Below, piece after piece: positions 1-8,483 of a stretch of 64,000 bases of DNA. A program made the translations under genes and the position numbers. Where the stretch lies: positions 111,562-175,561 of the forward strand of contig CAZUIU010000004.1 in assembly GCA_964620455.1 (NCBI GenBank), read 5' to 3'. How positions within the stretch are numbered: position 1 is the first letter of the stretch; each line of letters begins with the position of its first letter. Source of the DNA: an uncultured Candidatus Methanogranum sp. GTDB lineage: Archaea > Thermoplasmatota > Thermoplasmata > Methanomassiliicoccales > Methanomethylophilaceae. The notes below the pieces were generated by a model that worked only from the letters and a program-made list of their open reading frames with translations, did not search any database and was not told the DNA's origin.

Positions 1-253
1 TCGGCAGAGGCAGACCGTAGAACGATGTCAATGACATCAGAGCATTCATCATGTTGCCCAATCCTGAACTCTGTATGGAGATCAGAGGTTTCCTACCACC
101 CATATATGCGCCCGCGCAGATCCCCACTCCATCCTCCTCACGTGTCAGATCCACGACATCGAAAGAATCATGAATCATGGATGTGAACAGCTTGTTACGG
201 TCACATGGCAGACTGGCTATGAGATCCACACCTGCCGATCTCAGAACCTCCAT
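1..253 (-). CDS. comD: sulfopyruvate decarboxylase alpha subunit (ComD), N-terminal part only; the gene runs off the window start
   Basis: My own minus-strand translation from ATG 253 gives MEVLRSAGVDLIASLPCDRNKLFTSMIHDSFDVVDLTREEDGVGICAGAYMGGRKPLISIQSSGLGNMMNALMSLTSFYGLPLP. This is a TPP-enzyme N-terminal fold with the ComD-like blocks 'TREEDGVG..GAY' and 'QSSGLGN..NAL'. A GAGG SD-like motif lies just upstream, and the gene starts 10 nt after the cysteate synthase stop. It is absent from the ORF track because it is truncated. Confidence 0.75.
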   Translation of the reverse strand, partial: MEVLRSAGVDLIASLPCDRNKLFTSMIHDSFDVVDLTREEDGVGICAGAYMGGRKPLISIQSSGLGNMMNALMSLTSFYGLPLP

Positions 254-263
254 TACCTTATCC

Positions 264-1514
264 TCATTCATTCAACAACCTCCTCAATTCATCCTCCGAA
301 ATATCTTTGTCAATGTTCGACTCAGGCTTTACGGTAACCATATCCAGATCCTCTTTGGCACGATCCAGACCGCCTCCGGTCATATTCAGGAAAATCCGAT
401 CTTCACAAGAAACGGAACCTTCCTCCACCGCTTTGATCAATGCCGCCAATGCCACGGAAGCCGCAGGATCGGGAACCACGGACTCGAATTTGCACCATAA
501 CTTCTCAGCTGAACGGGCCTCGGAGTTCGAAACACCAAAGAATTTACCTCCACACCTCGTCATGGCATCAAAAACCCCTCCATTCACACTATAAGGCGGT
601 TTGCGGTTAGTCAGCACATCCGAATAAACCTCCGCCTCATCCTTGGATGCATTACCTAGGTCCTCTTCGGTTATCTCCCTGCGACCCGCGTTCCATGCTT
701 TCACCATTGGAGCGAAAGGCATGTTCTGTGCAAGATCAAGCTTCGGAAGTTTGTCTCCGAAGCGACCATCCCCGATCAGACGTGTCGCAGCCTCCCATGC
801 AGCTATACCGCCGGTACCGCTACCGACAGCCTGGAAATAATGATCAGGTAACCTACCCATGAAGACTGCCCCTTCAAGAAGCACCGTCCCCATACCATCT
901 CTGCGTGCGATATTCTTGGCACCCCCCTCAGATACGAAACCGCCCAGTGCGGCTATGCGCTCCGACATCTGGATAGCATCGGTATAATCCCCGTCCACGG
1001 TGAACAACCTAACCTTACCTGTATCTTTCGTGATCTTGATACGGTCGCCCGATTTCTTAGGGACCACGATCACACACCGCTCCCCCGTATCCTCCGCCAC
1101 CTGGGCAAAGGCACGTGCCGTGTTACCGGCTGAGGCCAACAACATGGTGCCCCCTCCGCAATCCCTCAGACGGGCATATGTAGGAAGGGCTTCCATCTCT
1201 TTGAAGGAACAGGATTTCACGAATGCGTTCCTCTCGGGATAGTATCCCGTGAATCCTATACACAGGTCCTTGAGACCGAGTTCCCTGGATAGTTCGACAT
1301 TCCTGAACGCCACTGGTGCGGATACCGTGTCTATAACTGAGTGCACTGGGAGCCAGTCGTAGAATTTGAAAACACCTCCCATGTCCTTGACCTCAAGACG
1401 CTTGCTCTCATATTGCGCCCTCAACAACCCTTTATGACCATTCGGACAGGACAAGGTGTACCTTTCCTCTACCATCTCTCCCCCTTCCAAACACAACAAT
1501 GAATAATTACCCAT
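264..1514 (-). CDS. cysteate synthase-like PLP enzyme (threonine synthase fold), CoM biosynthesis
   Basis: Track ORF is 264..1535. The 1535 start is a TTG; I use ATG 1514, which gives a TGATG overlap with the upstream stop. The N-terminus 'MGNYSLLCLEGGEMVEERYTLSCPNGH' followed by a threonine-synthase-like body, and the position between the COG1900 gene and comD, fit the Methanosarcina-type cysteate synthase. Confidence 0.65.
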   Translation of the reverse strand: MGNYSLLCLEGGEMVEERYTLSCPNGHKGLLRAQYESKRLEVKDMGGVFKFYDWLPVHSVIDTVSAPVAFRNVELSRELGLKDLCIGFTGYYPERNAFVKSCSFKEMEALPTYARLRDCGGGTMLLASAGNTARAFAQVAEDTGERCVIVVPKKSGDRIKITKDTGKVRLFTVDGDYTDAIQMSERIAALGGFVSEGGAKNIARRDGMGTVLLEGAVFMGRLPDHYFQAVGSGTGGIAAWEAATRLIGDGRFGDKLPKLDLAQNMPFAPMVKAWNAGRREITEEDLGNASKDEAEVYSDVLTNRKPPYSVNGGVFDAMTRCGGKFFGVSNSEARSAEKLWCKFESVVPDPAASVALAALIKAVEEGSVSCEDRIFLNMTGGGLDRAKEDLDMVTVKPESNIDKDISEDELRRLLNE

Positions 1515-2755
1515 CAGAACACCTTCAGATTCCAATCGCCTTTCAACACCCTTTCTTTCAGATCTCTGCAGATCGCCTCTGCCTTGTAACGTGAGGACTG
1601 CCTCAGAGATATGGGCACTCTGACACCCTCACAATCGATATCACCCATATCGGCACTGAAAACATGACCTACGCATGAATCCACACAGCAACCGCACGAG
1701 ATGCAACGCCCCTCATCCCTCAGGCCGTACTCATCCAATGCGTTCGTGGGGCATACCCTCCTCGCCTTGCAGTCACAGCATCTGATGCACCTGGAGAAGT
1801 CCGCTTCCACACACAGATCTGTGTTCCCCCAAACCGATTCGTACCTCCCCACCTGTATCGGGACCCTGTCATGCACATCCGCTATGGGCATCGGTACATC
1901 CTTGTCCAAACAGGAGAGCCCCTTTATCGAATCCTCATCCAACACCGGTATGGCAACCGCTACGGAGGTCATGCACTCAGGCCCCCTGGATGTCCTGAAA
2001 CCACCCATATACTCCGGCACCATGCACCATATATCTGCAACTATGGAGAGGTTGGGTTTCTCGGATGTGCTCCTGGTACCCTCACCTATTATCATACCCG
2101 GGGCCCCATTCAACAGAACCGATGAACCCGAATGGAGATAACGCATATCCGGATCGTTCTGCAAGGGATTTATCTCCCCGCACCCACTGACCGTGGCCTC
2201 CGACAGATTACCATGCAACCCTTTTATGGTGGAAAATATCGTCTCCTCCACCCCTGAAGAATGATTGACGAAACACGTGTAGTTCTTGAATGAACTGCGG
2301 GTGGTCATCATCCTGGCGAACGGAAGGTCCTTCTTCGTTATACGGTTCTTGTACTGCCTGCCGTCGGACCAGACCGTCACATCTATCGGATTGCCCTCCA
2401 CTATGTCTTTGAAAAGATGACCTCCGCCATAATCCATATCCCTATGCGTTGTACCGTACACGATACAGTCCACCAGGCCCAGGGATTCATTCGGACATGG
2501 CCCCACATTACCCGGAACACCGTTGAGTTCTATGCGGTCGGCCTTCTTGAAAATACCTGGCCCCGCTACTGGGACCGTAAGTATCATCATAGTCCCCGAC
2601 ATTATGCCGAATGTCCCGCAGGTGACCGCATCCACATCATCCGGATTGATCTTCCTGCCACCACGCACCATCGCTTTGAACTCCGATGCGGTGTAGACCT
2701 TGGCATCTCTCTTGGAGACCTTGTCCTGAATCTGATCGATGTCCTTCATGGTCAT
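1514..2755 (-). CDS. COG1900/DUF39 sulfur-incorporation domain fused to a 2x[4Fe-4S] ferredoxin domain (MJ1681/ComF-like; candidate sulfoacetaldehyde to CoM enzyme)
   Basis: Track ORF is 1514..2797. I moved the start to ATG 2755, which gives a TGATG overlap. The resulting N-terminus 'MTMKDIDQIQDKVSKRDAKVYTASEF' is typical of the family. The C-terminal Cys clusters are 'CIRCCDCKARRVCP' and 'CISCGCCVDSC'. Confidence 0.65.
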   Translation of the reverse strand: MTMKDIDQIQDKVSKRDAKVYTASEFKAMVRGGRKINPDDVDAVTCGTFGIMSGTMMILTVPVAGPGIFKKADRIELNGVPGNVGPCPNESLGLVDCIVYGTTHRDMDYGGGHLFKDIVEGNPIDVTVWSDGRQYKNRITKKDLPFARMMTTRSSFKNYTCFVNHSSGVEETIFSTIKGLHGNLSEATVSGCGEINPLQNDPDMRYLHSGSSVLLNGAPGMIIGEGTRSTSEKPNLSIVADIWCMVPEYMGGFRTSRGPECMTSVAVAIPVLDEDSIKGLSCLDKDVPMPIADVHDRVPIQVGRYESVWGNTDLCVEADFSRCIRCCDCKARRVCPTNALDEYGLRDEGRCISCGCCVDSCVGHVFSADMGDIDCEGVRVPISLRQSSRYKAEAICRDLKERVLKGDWNLKVF

Positions 2756-3402
2756 CACATTATAACGATATCCTCTACCCTCACGTGAAGTCCCCATGGT
2801 TTTCCTATAACCATATTGACGAAACCTGTATGAGCCCTATCCATCATGCATGAGCCAGGGAGGAAACTGTATCTCCTCCCGAACTGAGGTTCCTCTGTTA
2901 CGGGAACCGCCATACCTTCGAATCCCAACATGTGATACTCCCTTATATCCTTAATTTCCTTGCCCCTTGAGAACTGAGGCCCCACTACATGTCCAGTTAT
3001 TACACCTGTGATAACATCTGCACTGATGACCCTTATGACATGTTGTACAGGACATCCCGCTCCCGAAGGACGACCTACCACGATATCCCCCTCATGGATA
3101 TCCCATTTTTCCACCAGATCAGGTCTGAAAGGCAGGATTATCTTCCTGGCAGACGGTTCCCCTAGTATCGGTTGCATCACGAAAGAATATCTTTGTCCTG
3201 TTATGTCCACACCGCTGTAGTTATGCTTGAGGATATCGTCCGATGGCTTCTTCACAGCTATGAAGAACGGACATGCCCTTTGAGATACCTTGCCCTCTGC
3301 GACCCTCGACATGAATTCATCACACGATGAGGACCCACAGGCCCCGCAGTTCTTCCCAGGAGGGACCCAGTCATTCTCCACGGTATATGTTGTCTTCATC
3401 AT
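2755..3402 (-). CDS. Fe-S cluster domain protein (RnfB/CdhE N-terminal-type 4-Cys motif) with an uncharacterised C-terminal domain
   Basis: The N-terminal 'CGACGSSSCDEF..(16)..CP' is a CX2CX4CX16CP pattern, as in the putative Fe-S domain of RnfB and the ACDS gamma subunit. An AGGAGG SD lies 4-5 nt upstream of the ATG-ATG start, inside the 3' end of the upstream gene (32-nt overlap). Confidence 0.55.
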   Translation of the reverse strand: MMKTTYTVENDWVPPGKNCGACGSSSCDEFMSRVAEGKVSQRACPFFIAVKKPSDDILKHNYSGVDITGQRYSFVMQPILGEPSARKIILPFRPDLVEKWDIHEGDIVVGRPSGAGCPVQHVIRVISADVITGVITGHVVGPQFSRGKEIKDIREYHMLGFEGMAVPVTEEPQFGRRYSFLPGSCMMDRAHTGFVNMVIGKPWGLHVRVEDIVIM

Positions 3403-4084
3403 CCAACCTCCTGATTACACCGAAATGATTCTGCCAACCAACTTCCTTCTTACCTATGCATATGGTACAGACGCCTAGGGGTGGAATACCTCTCAATTTT
3501 ACACTTGATATATCGCCGATACTGTCCACGGAATCCATGAGACGGTATAGATACTTCATCCCGGTACCCTGTATGGCATTAGTCTCGATTATGTCCATAT
3601 CCGGAGAGACCCTGCGTATGGATTCTCTGAACACCTCCTTCTCCGCCTGTGATATAAGATCGGTCTTGGTAACGACACATACATCCGAAAGGGCTATCAT
3701 AGGCGCCATCTTCAAAGGCGCATGCATTCCTGATATGGCAGACATGACACATATACCGAGTGAGTTCGTTAGATATGGTGTGCATCTAAGACACAGCCCC
3801 GCACTCTCATATATGAGAACGTCCGCACCCTCACCCTCAGCCCAATCAAGAGCATCACGGACGACCATTATGCCCATGTGATCCGGACAGACATCACCCG
3901 AGTACACCTTCTTGGTCGGTATACCATAATCCTTCTGCAGTTCCTCATCCTCGAATGCCGCGACCACGTCCACCTTCAGATACGCGACCTTTTTTGACGG
4001 AAGGAGATGTTCTATCATCTGCCTGACCACAGCCGTCTTGCCTGCACTCGGAGGGCCCGCGATTACCATCAGTGTGACGTTCAA
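3371..4084 (-). CDS. P-loop NTPase, SIMIBI/G3E-like (HypB/UreG/CooC-like metallochaperone family candidate)
   Basis: Walker A is 'GPPSAGKT', the Walker B-like region with Cys pair is 'LIYESAGLCLRC', and the NKxD-like motif is 'VVTKTDL'. The start is either TTG 4084 (TTGA overlap with the upstream stop) or ATG 4069. Confidence 0.5.
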   Translation of the reverse strand: MNVTLMVIAGPPSAGKTAVVRQMIEHLLPSKKVAYLKVDVVAAFEDEELQKDYGIPTKKVYSGDVCPDHMGIMVVRDALDWAEGEGADVLIYESAGLCLRCTPYLTNSLGICVMSAISGMHAPLKMAPMIALSDVCVVTKTDLISQAEKEVFRESIRRVSPDMDIIETNAIQGTGMKYLYRLMDSVDSIGDISSVKLRGIPPLGVCTICIGKKEVGWQNHFGVIRRLDDEDNIYRGE

Positions 4085-4860
4085 ATCGACACACCTCTGA
4101 TTATCTCGCCCATCCTTATCCTCTCGCGTATATCCATGAATACCTCGTCCATCCTGCTTATCATCTTGAGAGCCTCCTTCTCACTGTCCTCAGGATACAA
4201 GATGGACACGACTTCTCCGCCCCTCATCACGATACGGCGGTCTGAAAGCAGAGAAACATATGGATCATGTGTCACGAAGATCACAGCTTTTCCCAATTCC
4301 TTTATCCTGGAGATCACGACATCCTTGAATATACCGGCATTCTCGATCTCATCCAGAAGCAGTATCGGTGCATCGGAGATCATGACCGCATCAGCGATCA
4401 TCATGGAACGCGTCTGCCCACCTGACAACGAAGATATCCTTGTATCTGCGTTCATCTTCTCACCTGTGAACTCATTGGCCAGCGACACAGTTACGGGAAC
4501 GATGTCACTGACGGCATTACCGCGTGTGGATGCATGCATGGACAGAAACTCGCCAACGGTGAGATCCGCCAGACACTTGGAGTTCTGGGTTATCATCGCT
4601 ATAGGCTTGCATGCTGGATCTCTGACGAAACTCTCCGGCGGTACCTCACCGTTGACCATGACCCTACGTTTGGTCACGGTGTCCCCTTGTGCGAAAACCT
4701 CTATATCGTTTATCAGTGCGGTTTTACCGGATCCCGTCGGACCCACTATGGATATTGTATCCCCTGGACGGATATCTATCGGTTCGAAAACCTCTTTCCT
4801 TCCATCTTTTGTCGTTCCGGGATGGATTGTAACGATTATACCTTCAGAGAATGCGCTCAT
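4081..4860 (-). CDS. ABC-type ATPase with no permease or substrate-binding partner in the window
   Basis: Walker A is 'GPTGSGKT', the ABC signature is 'LSGGQ', Walker B is 'ILLLDE' and the H-loop is 'VTHD'. It is the first gene of the co-directional block that ends in the CoM genes. Confidence 0.75.
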   Translation of the reverse strand: MSAFSEGIIVTIHPGTTKDGRKEVFEPIDIRPGDTISIVGPTGSGKTALINDIEVFAQGDTVTKRRVMVNGEVPPESFVRDPACKPIAMITQNSKCLADLTVGEFLSMHASTRGNAVSDIVPVTVSLANEFTGEKMNADTRISSLSGGQTRSMMIADAVMISDAPILLLDEIENAGIFKDVVISRIKELGKAVIFVTHDPYVSLLSDRRIVMRGGEVVSILYPEDSEKEALKMISRMDEVFMDIRERIRMGEIIRGVSI

Positions 4861-4882
4861 GATTGTCGAAGGAACAACACAG

Positions 4883-4895
4883 ATATTATATATTT
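4883..4895 (-). promoter_or_regulatory. TATA-like box for the 4860..1 operon (leaderless-type spacing)
   Basis: The minus strand reads AAATATATAATAT, centred about 29 nt upstream of the ATG at 4860. It lies in an AT-rich 160-nt spacer. The call rests on motif and position only. Confidence 0.35.
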
Positions 4896-5019
4896 CGGAT
4901 AATTTCTCCTAATTAGGATAAATTATTTAATAAAATCAATTTTGTATAATGAATATACAAAAGTAATAGGTCCTTTCGGACCTGTAATAGGTTTGTAGTG
5001 CTTAGACCGAATATCCAAA

Positions 5020-6537
5020 TCAATTGTACATGGTGTCGCCGATGTGCTCATTCTCTAGATAATAGTCCGACTTCTCATTCTGAGCCTTGGACATATCCTT
5101 GGACATACCCTTCTGATAAGAGCCGTACTTCTCCTTTATCTGATCCTCTGCAGGCCTCGATCTCTTCTCGGCCAGCCTTATATGGTCAGCAGTTATGAGT
5201 TTGGAACCGCTCATGACAGCTATGTCACCCGCAGCTCTTATGAGACCGCCCATCTCACGCAGCCTCAAGGTCAACGAGTTGAGTTGATTGTCTGCTTTCG
5301 CACGCCTCCTGCCCTCATCGATTATGACTCCCACGGCCTCGATGGTCGCAGGCGGTATATGACCGTCCATCTGTATCTCCTGAGCCACGAACTGCGCATA
5401 CTTGGCACGGTTGTGAGGTGTGTCAGGCATGGCCACATCCACAAGGACCTCATAACCGTTACCTATTATTCTGGACCTGAGAGGAGATAATATGTTCTCC
5501 AGATCCTGTATGTTACATGCCGCCACCAATATGAAATCGCAAGGTACATTGTCAACTTTGACACTAGCACCGGCTGACTGGGGGTTCCTTCCGGCTATAG
5601 GGAACTTCTTGTCCTGCATAGCCGTGAGTATGAACCTCTGAAGGGCACCGAGATGCGAGATCTCGTCTATGAACAACACGCCTTCATGAGCCTCGTGTAT
5701 GGACCCAGCAACGACCCTCTCGTAAGCAGGGGTACCGAGTTTCTCGTGACCTCCATAAGGATCGTGTCTGACGTCTCCTAGCAGTTCCGTCTCGGATGCC
5801 CCAGTGGCCATAACGAAAGGATCCCTGTTGAGTCTGACAAGGACCTTCTGATTGGACTTCTTGTTGAGCTGACTCCTCTTCTGGAGAGATTTGTTGTCCA
5901 ACATCCTTATCTTCTCACCGGCACGCTCGAAGACGACTGTCTCCTCCGTACCGTCAGCCAGCACACGCGTGGTGTGAACCTTCTCCTTGCCTGCCGCTAC
6001 CTGCGGCATCGCGGATTCCAACAGACCACCTATCAGATCTCCGAAAGGATTGTTGTTCACGCCGACATCCATCTTGCTCTTCTGACATGACGGACATGTG
6101 ACCTCGCTCGGAGAGGAGTAGGTCTTGCAGTACTTGCACAAGTAACCCAGACGCTCGGCGACATTCGCCGGTGCGGTCTCCGGATCAAGAAGCTTGCCCA
6201 CTGACTCCGCACGTATGTCCTCTTCCTCCATGACCTGATCCTTGTTCAGGATCTCCAGGAACGGTCTTTCGGAATTCTCGGGATTCTTCACGACCCTTAT
6301 CTCCTGACCGGGTTTGGGAAGATTCATGGATATCGCACGAGCTATCATGGACTTCCCTGTACCGGGCGGACCCACGAGAAGCAGGTGCCTACGTTGGATC
6401 GCAGCCACCTTGGCCAACTCTATGGCCTCCTCCTGCCCCAACACCCGGTCCAGTGGATCGGCCGGTATCTGGATCTCGGCAGTACTCTTGAGAGCCATCA
6501 CGTCATCCCAGGTATCGACCAATTTCTTCTTGACCAT
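5020..6537 (-). CDS. Lon-related AAA+ ATPase lacking a protease domain, with a zinc-ribbon insertion
   Basis: Walker A is 'GPPGTGKS', Walker B is 'VLFIDEI', and the sensor/arginine region is 'LRSR'. A roughly 230-aa insertion between Walker A and B contains 'CKYCKTYSSPSEVTCPSC' (6085-6138). The protein ends right after the AAA lid, with no Ser-Lys protease domain and no TM segment. Confidence 0.55.
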   Translation of the reverse strand: MVKKKLVDTWDDVMALKSTAEIQIPADPLDRVLGQEEAIELAKVAAIQRRHLLLVGPPGTGKSMIARAISMNLPKPGQEIRVVKNPENSERPFLEILNKDQVMEEEDIRAESVGKLLDPETAPANVAERLGYLCKYCKTYSSPSEVTCPSCQKSKMDVGVNNNPFGDLIGGLLESAMPQVAAGKEKVHTTRVLADGTEETVVFERAGEKIRMLDNKSLQKRSQLNKKSNQKVLVRLNRDPFVMATGASETELLGDVRHDPYGGHEKLGTPAYERVVAGSIHEAHEGVLFIDEISHLGALQRFILTAMQDKKFPIAGRNPQSAGASVKVDNVPCDFILVAACNIQDLENILSPLRSRIIGNGYEVLVDVAMPDTPHNRAKYAQFVAQEIQMDGHIPPATIEAVGVIIDEGRRRAKADNQLNSLTLRLREMGGLIRAAGDIAVMSGSKLITADHIRLAEKRSRPAEDQIKEKYGSYQKGMSKDMSKAQNEKSDYYLENEHIGDTMYN

Positions 6538-6546
6538 CGGACCGCC

Positions 6547-8220
6547 TCAGTATAGGTCTTCCTTAGTCCATATGACTATGTCCGAAGGCATCTTCGTTAT
6601 GTTACCCTTGCGCGTACCCACTACGATGCCTATGCCCTTGTCTGCGGAAACATCGACGATCCTCTGAGATATCACGCCATCGAACACTATCCTGGCCACG
6701 CCTTCGGAATCCTCTTTAAGGGAATTTACGAGGCTCTTCACAGCGACCTCTCTGAGAACAGTGTTGTCCTCAGAGAGTATCTTCGCATTGTGAGTAGATG
6801 ACATGTCGAGGAGCATGTCCCTAAGAATCTCCTGCTCCGGAGACAGGGTCTTGGTATTCCTGTCCTTCTTGGAGCGTAATGTCCTCTTGGGCTTATCCTC
6901 TTCAACGTTCTCACGCGGCTTCCTGGTCTTCTTCTCAGTAACCTCTGCATCCTCAGCCATGACGACCTCTACCTGCTCCGGAACCGCAACCTGGGGTTCC
7001 TGCACGGGTACGTTCTCCACAGGCGCATCCTCCTTGGGAGCATCTGTCACATCAGAGTTCTGAACGGGTTTCTTCCTGTATTTATCAGCATTCTCGGAAC
7101 TGAATCTCTCCTTGCGGTCACGGCGCTCTTCCGAGTCGCCATCCCTGGAACGGGTGTCCCTCCTTCTGTCGGGTCTGTCGGACCTATCAGATCTGTCCCT
7201 GCGGTCGCGACGATCATCACGTCTGTTATCATCACGTCTGTTATCATCGCGCTCCCTCCTGGGCTTTTCCTCCTCGCGGTCATGGGTGTTCTCCCTGCGG
7301 TCGCGACGCTCCTCACGCCTGCTGTCCTCGCGCTCACCCTCACGGAGATCACGCTCAGCAGCCTCATCCAACACTTTCTCCTCGTAACTGAGACCGTTCA
7401 TCTCCATGTACTGGTCACCAGGTACTTTGTTACGAAGACATTTTAGAATCTGCTTGGATGTCAGTTCCTCCACCTCGTGTGCACGCGGTGCACGAGCGAC
7501 GAAATCTATCTCCGAGGTCTGGAAGAGCTCCCTCAGTATGAGTTCCCCTCCTCTGTCACCATCGGTGAATGCCGTGGCAACTTTCTCTCTGGAGAGATCC
7601 TGCACAGTCTTGGGTATGTTGGTACCTTCGACAGCTATCGCGTTCTTGATACCGGCCCTCAGAAGATTGAGAACGTCCGACCTTCCCTCGACGATTATTA
7701 TAGATTCAGAATCCTTGACTGCCGGTCCTGCCGGACACCTGTCTTTACCATAGGTCGTTATCTCCTCCACCTGTATGGACTGCCTGATACTCTGGGTAAG
7801 GTTGGACGACGTTCCCTTGGACTGCGCTATGAGATCCACTAGCAGCTCCTTGGCACGTTCTACGACCTTCTCCCTCTTGGTTATACGGACGTCCTCTATA
7901 CCGAGGACACGTATGCTCGCCTTACAGGGGCCGACGCGGTCTATCGTCTCCAGAGCGGATGCCAAAATAACAGTCTCTACCTGGTCTAAAGAAGAGGCCA
8001 TGTAGATTATACCCTCGGATTTACCGCCCTTGGATACTATCTCGACCTCTATCCTTCCTATCCTTCCGGATTTCTGAAGGTCCCTTAGGTCCAGATCATC
8101 CCCGAGAAGCCCTTCCGTCTGTCCGAAGATCGCACCGACGACGTCTGGTTTCTCGACTATGCCGTCAGCGTTTATCTTCGCTTTGATCATGTATTTTGTC
8201 GCATTAGGATCTATATTCAT
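6547..8220 (-). CDS. dnaG: archaeal DnaG primase (Toprim) with a long charged low-complexity insertion
   Basis: Toprim motifs are 'IIIVEGRSDVLNLLRAG' and 'TDGDRGGELI'. The N-terminus 'MNIDPNATKYMIKAKINADGIVEKPDVVGAIFGQTEGLLG' is typical. The track ORF extends to a TTG at 8301; the first ATG is 8220. Confidence 0.85.
   Translation of the reverse strand: MNIDPNATKYMIKAKINADGIVEKPDVVGAIFGQTEGLLGDDLDLRDLQKSGRIGRIEVEIVSKGGKSEGIIYMASSLDQVETVILASALETIDRVGPCKASIRVLGIEDVRITKREKVVERAKELLVDLIAQSKGTSSNLTQSIRQSIQVEEITTYGKDRCPAGPAVKDSESIIIVEGRSDVLNLLRAGIKNAIAVEGTNIPKTVQDLSREKVATAFTDGDRGGELILRELFQTSEIDFVARAPRAHEVEELTSKQILKCLRNKVPGDQYMEMNGLSYEEKVLDEAAERDLREGEREDSRREERRDRRENTHDREEEKPRRERDDNRRDDNRRDDRRDRRDRSDRSDRPDRRRDTRSRDGDSEERRDRKERFSSENADKYRKKPVQNSDVTDAPKEDAPVENVPVQEPQVAVPEQVEVVMAEDAEVTEKKTRKPRENVEEDKPKRTLRSKKDRNTKTLSPEQEILRDMLLDMSSTHNAKILSEDNTVLREVAVKSLVNSLKEDSEGVARIVFDGVISQRIVDVSADKGIGIVVGTRKGNITKMPSDIVIWTKEDLY
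7197..7308. repeat. short tandem and direct repeats inside the dnaG low-complexity region
   Basis: A perfect 15-bp tandem 'tcatcacgtctgtta' occurs at 7214-7228 and 7229-7243, with a partial third copy; it encodes DDNRR DDNRR. A 16-bp direct repeat 'ccctgcggtcgcgacg' occurs at 7197-7212 and 7293-7308. Confidence 0.9.
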
Positions 8221-8471
8221 GTGTATCTTCCCTTTGAAAGTGAAGGAAATACACTCTCCCTGCTCTTCTGCCGTCTGTTTATGGCATGCACTCTGGAGCA
8301 ATGGCCCCTATGCAATATGCCTCTACGCTTCCCACCTTAATGCCGTTTATTTTTGAGCCAGCGGAATCCGCTTGGCACGGTTGTTGTGTCTCACCCGCTT
8401 TCTTGCGGGGTATGTGATAGTGAATCAGTGAACAGGGAATCTGTGTGTTCCCTTGACACTCCATAGTCACC

Positions 8472-8483
8472 TTATATTTAAAT
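8472..8483 (-). promoter_or_regulatory. TATA-like box upstream of dnaG (would give a long leader)
   Basis: The minus strand reads TTTAAATATAAG. It lies about 255 nt upstream of the dnaG ATG at 8220, and I saw no better TATA closer to the ATG. Confidence 0.3.

Noticed and set aside
4007-4912. 301-aa plus-strand ORF
   Set aside because: It is antisense to the ABC ATPase, which has complete Walker A, signature and Walker B motifs. The ORF is a Ser/Ile/Thr-rich low-complexity translation.
5020-6537. BrxL-type Lon-like protein of a BREX system
   Set aside because: There is no protease domain, and no other BREX genes (pglX/brxABC/pglZ) are nearby. It sits in a housekeeping context directly after dnaG.
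7047-7387. Repeat-containing region considered as a CRISPR array or minisatellite, plus alternative-frame ORFs 7047..7367 and 7112..7387
   Set aside because: The repeats are 15-16 bp with no spacers of CRISPR size and lie within the dnaG reading frame, encoding R/D repeats. The alternative-frame ORFs are by-products of the low-complexity composition.
8221-8301. 27-codon N-terminal extension of dnaG in the ORF track
   Set aside because: The extension starts at a TTG and encodes 'LQSACHKQTAEEQGECISF...', which is not DnaG-like. The conserved DnaG N-terminus begins at the first ATG, 8220.
8279-8470. 63-aa Cys-containing small ORF in the dnaG upstream spacer
   Set aside because: It begins at a GTG only 2-14 nt from the TATA-like box, so it would lie upstream of the expected transcription start. 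I see no SD and no recognisable family. I kept it only as part of the structured-spacer observation.
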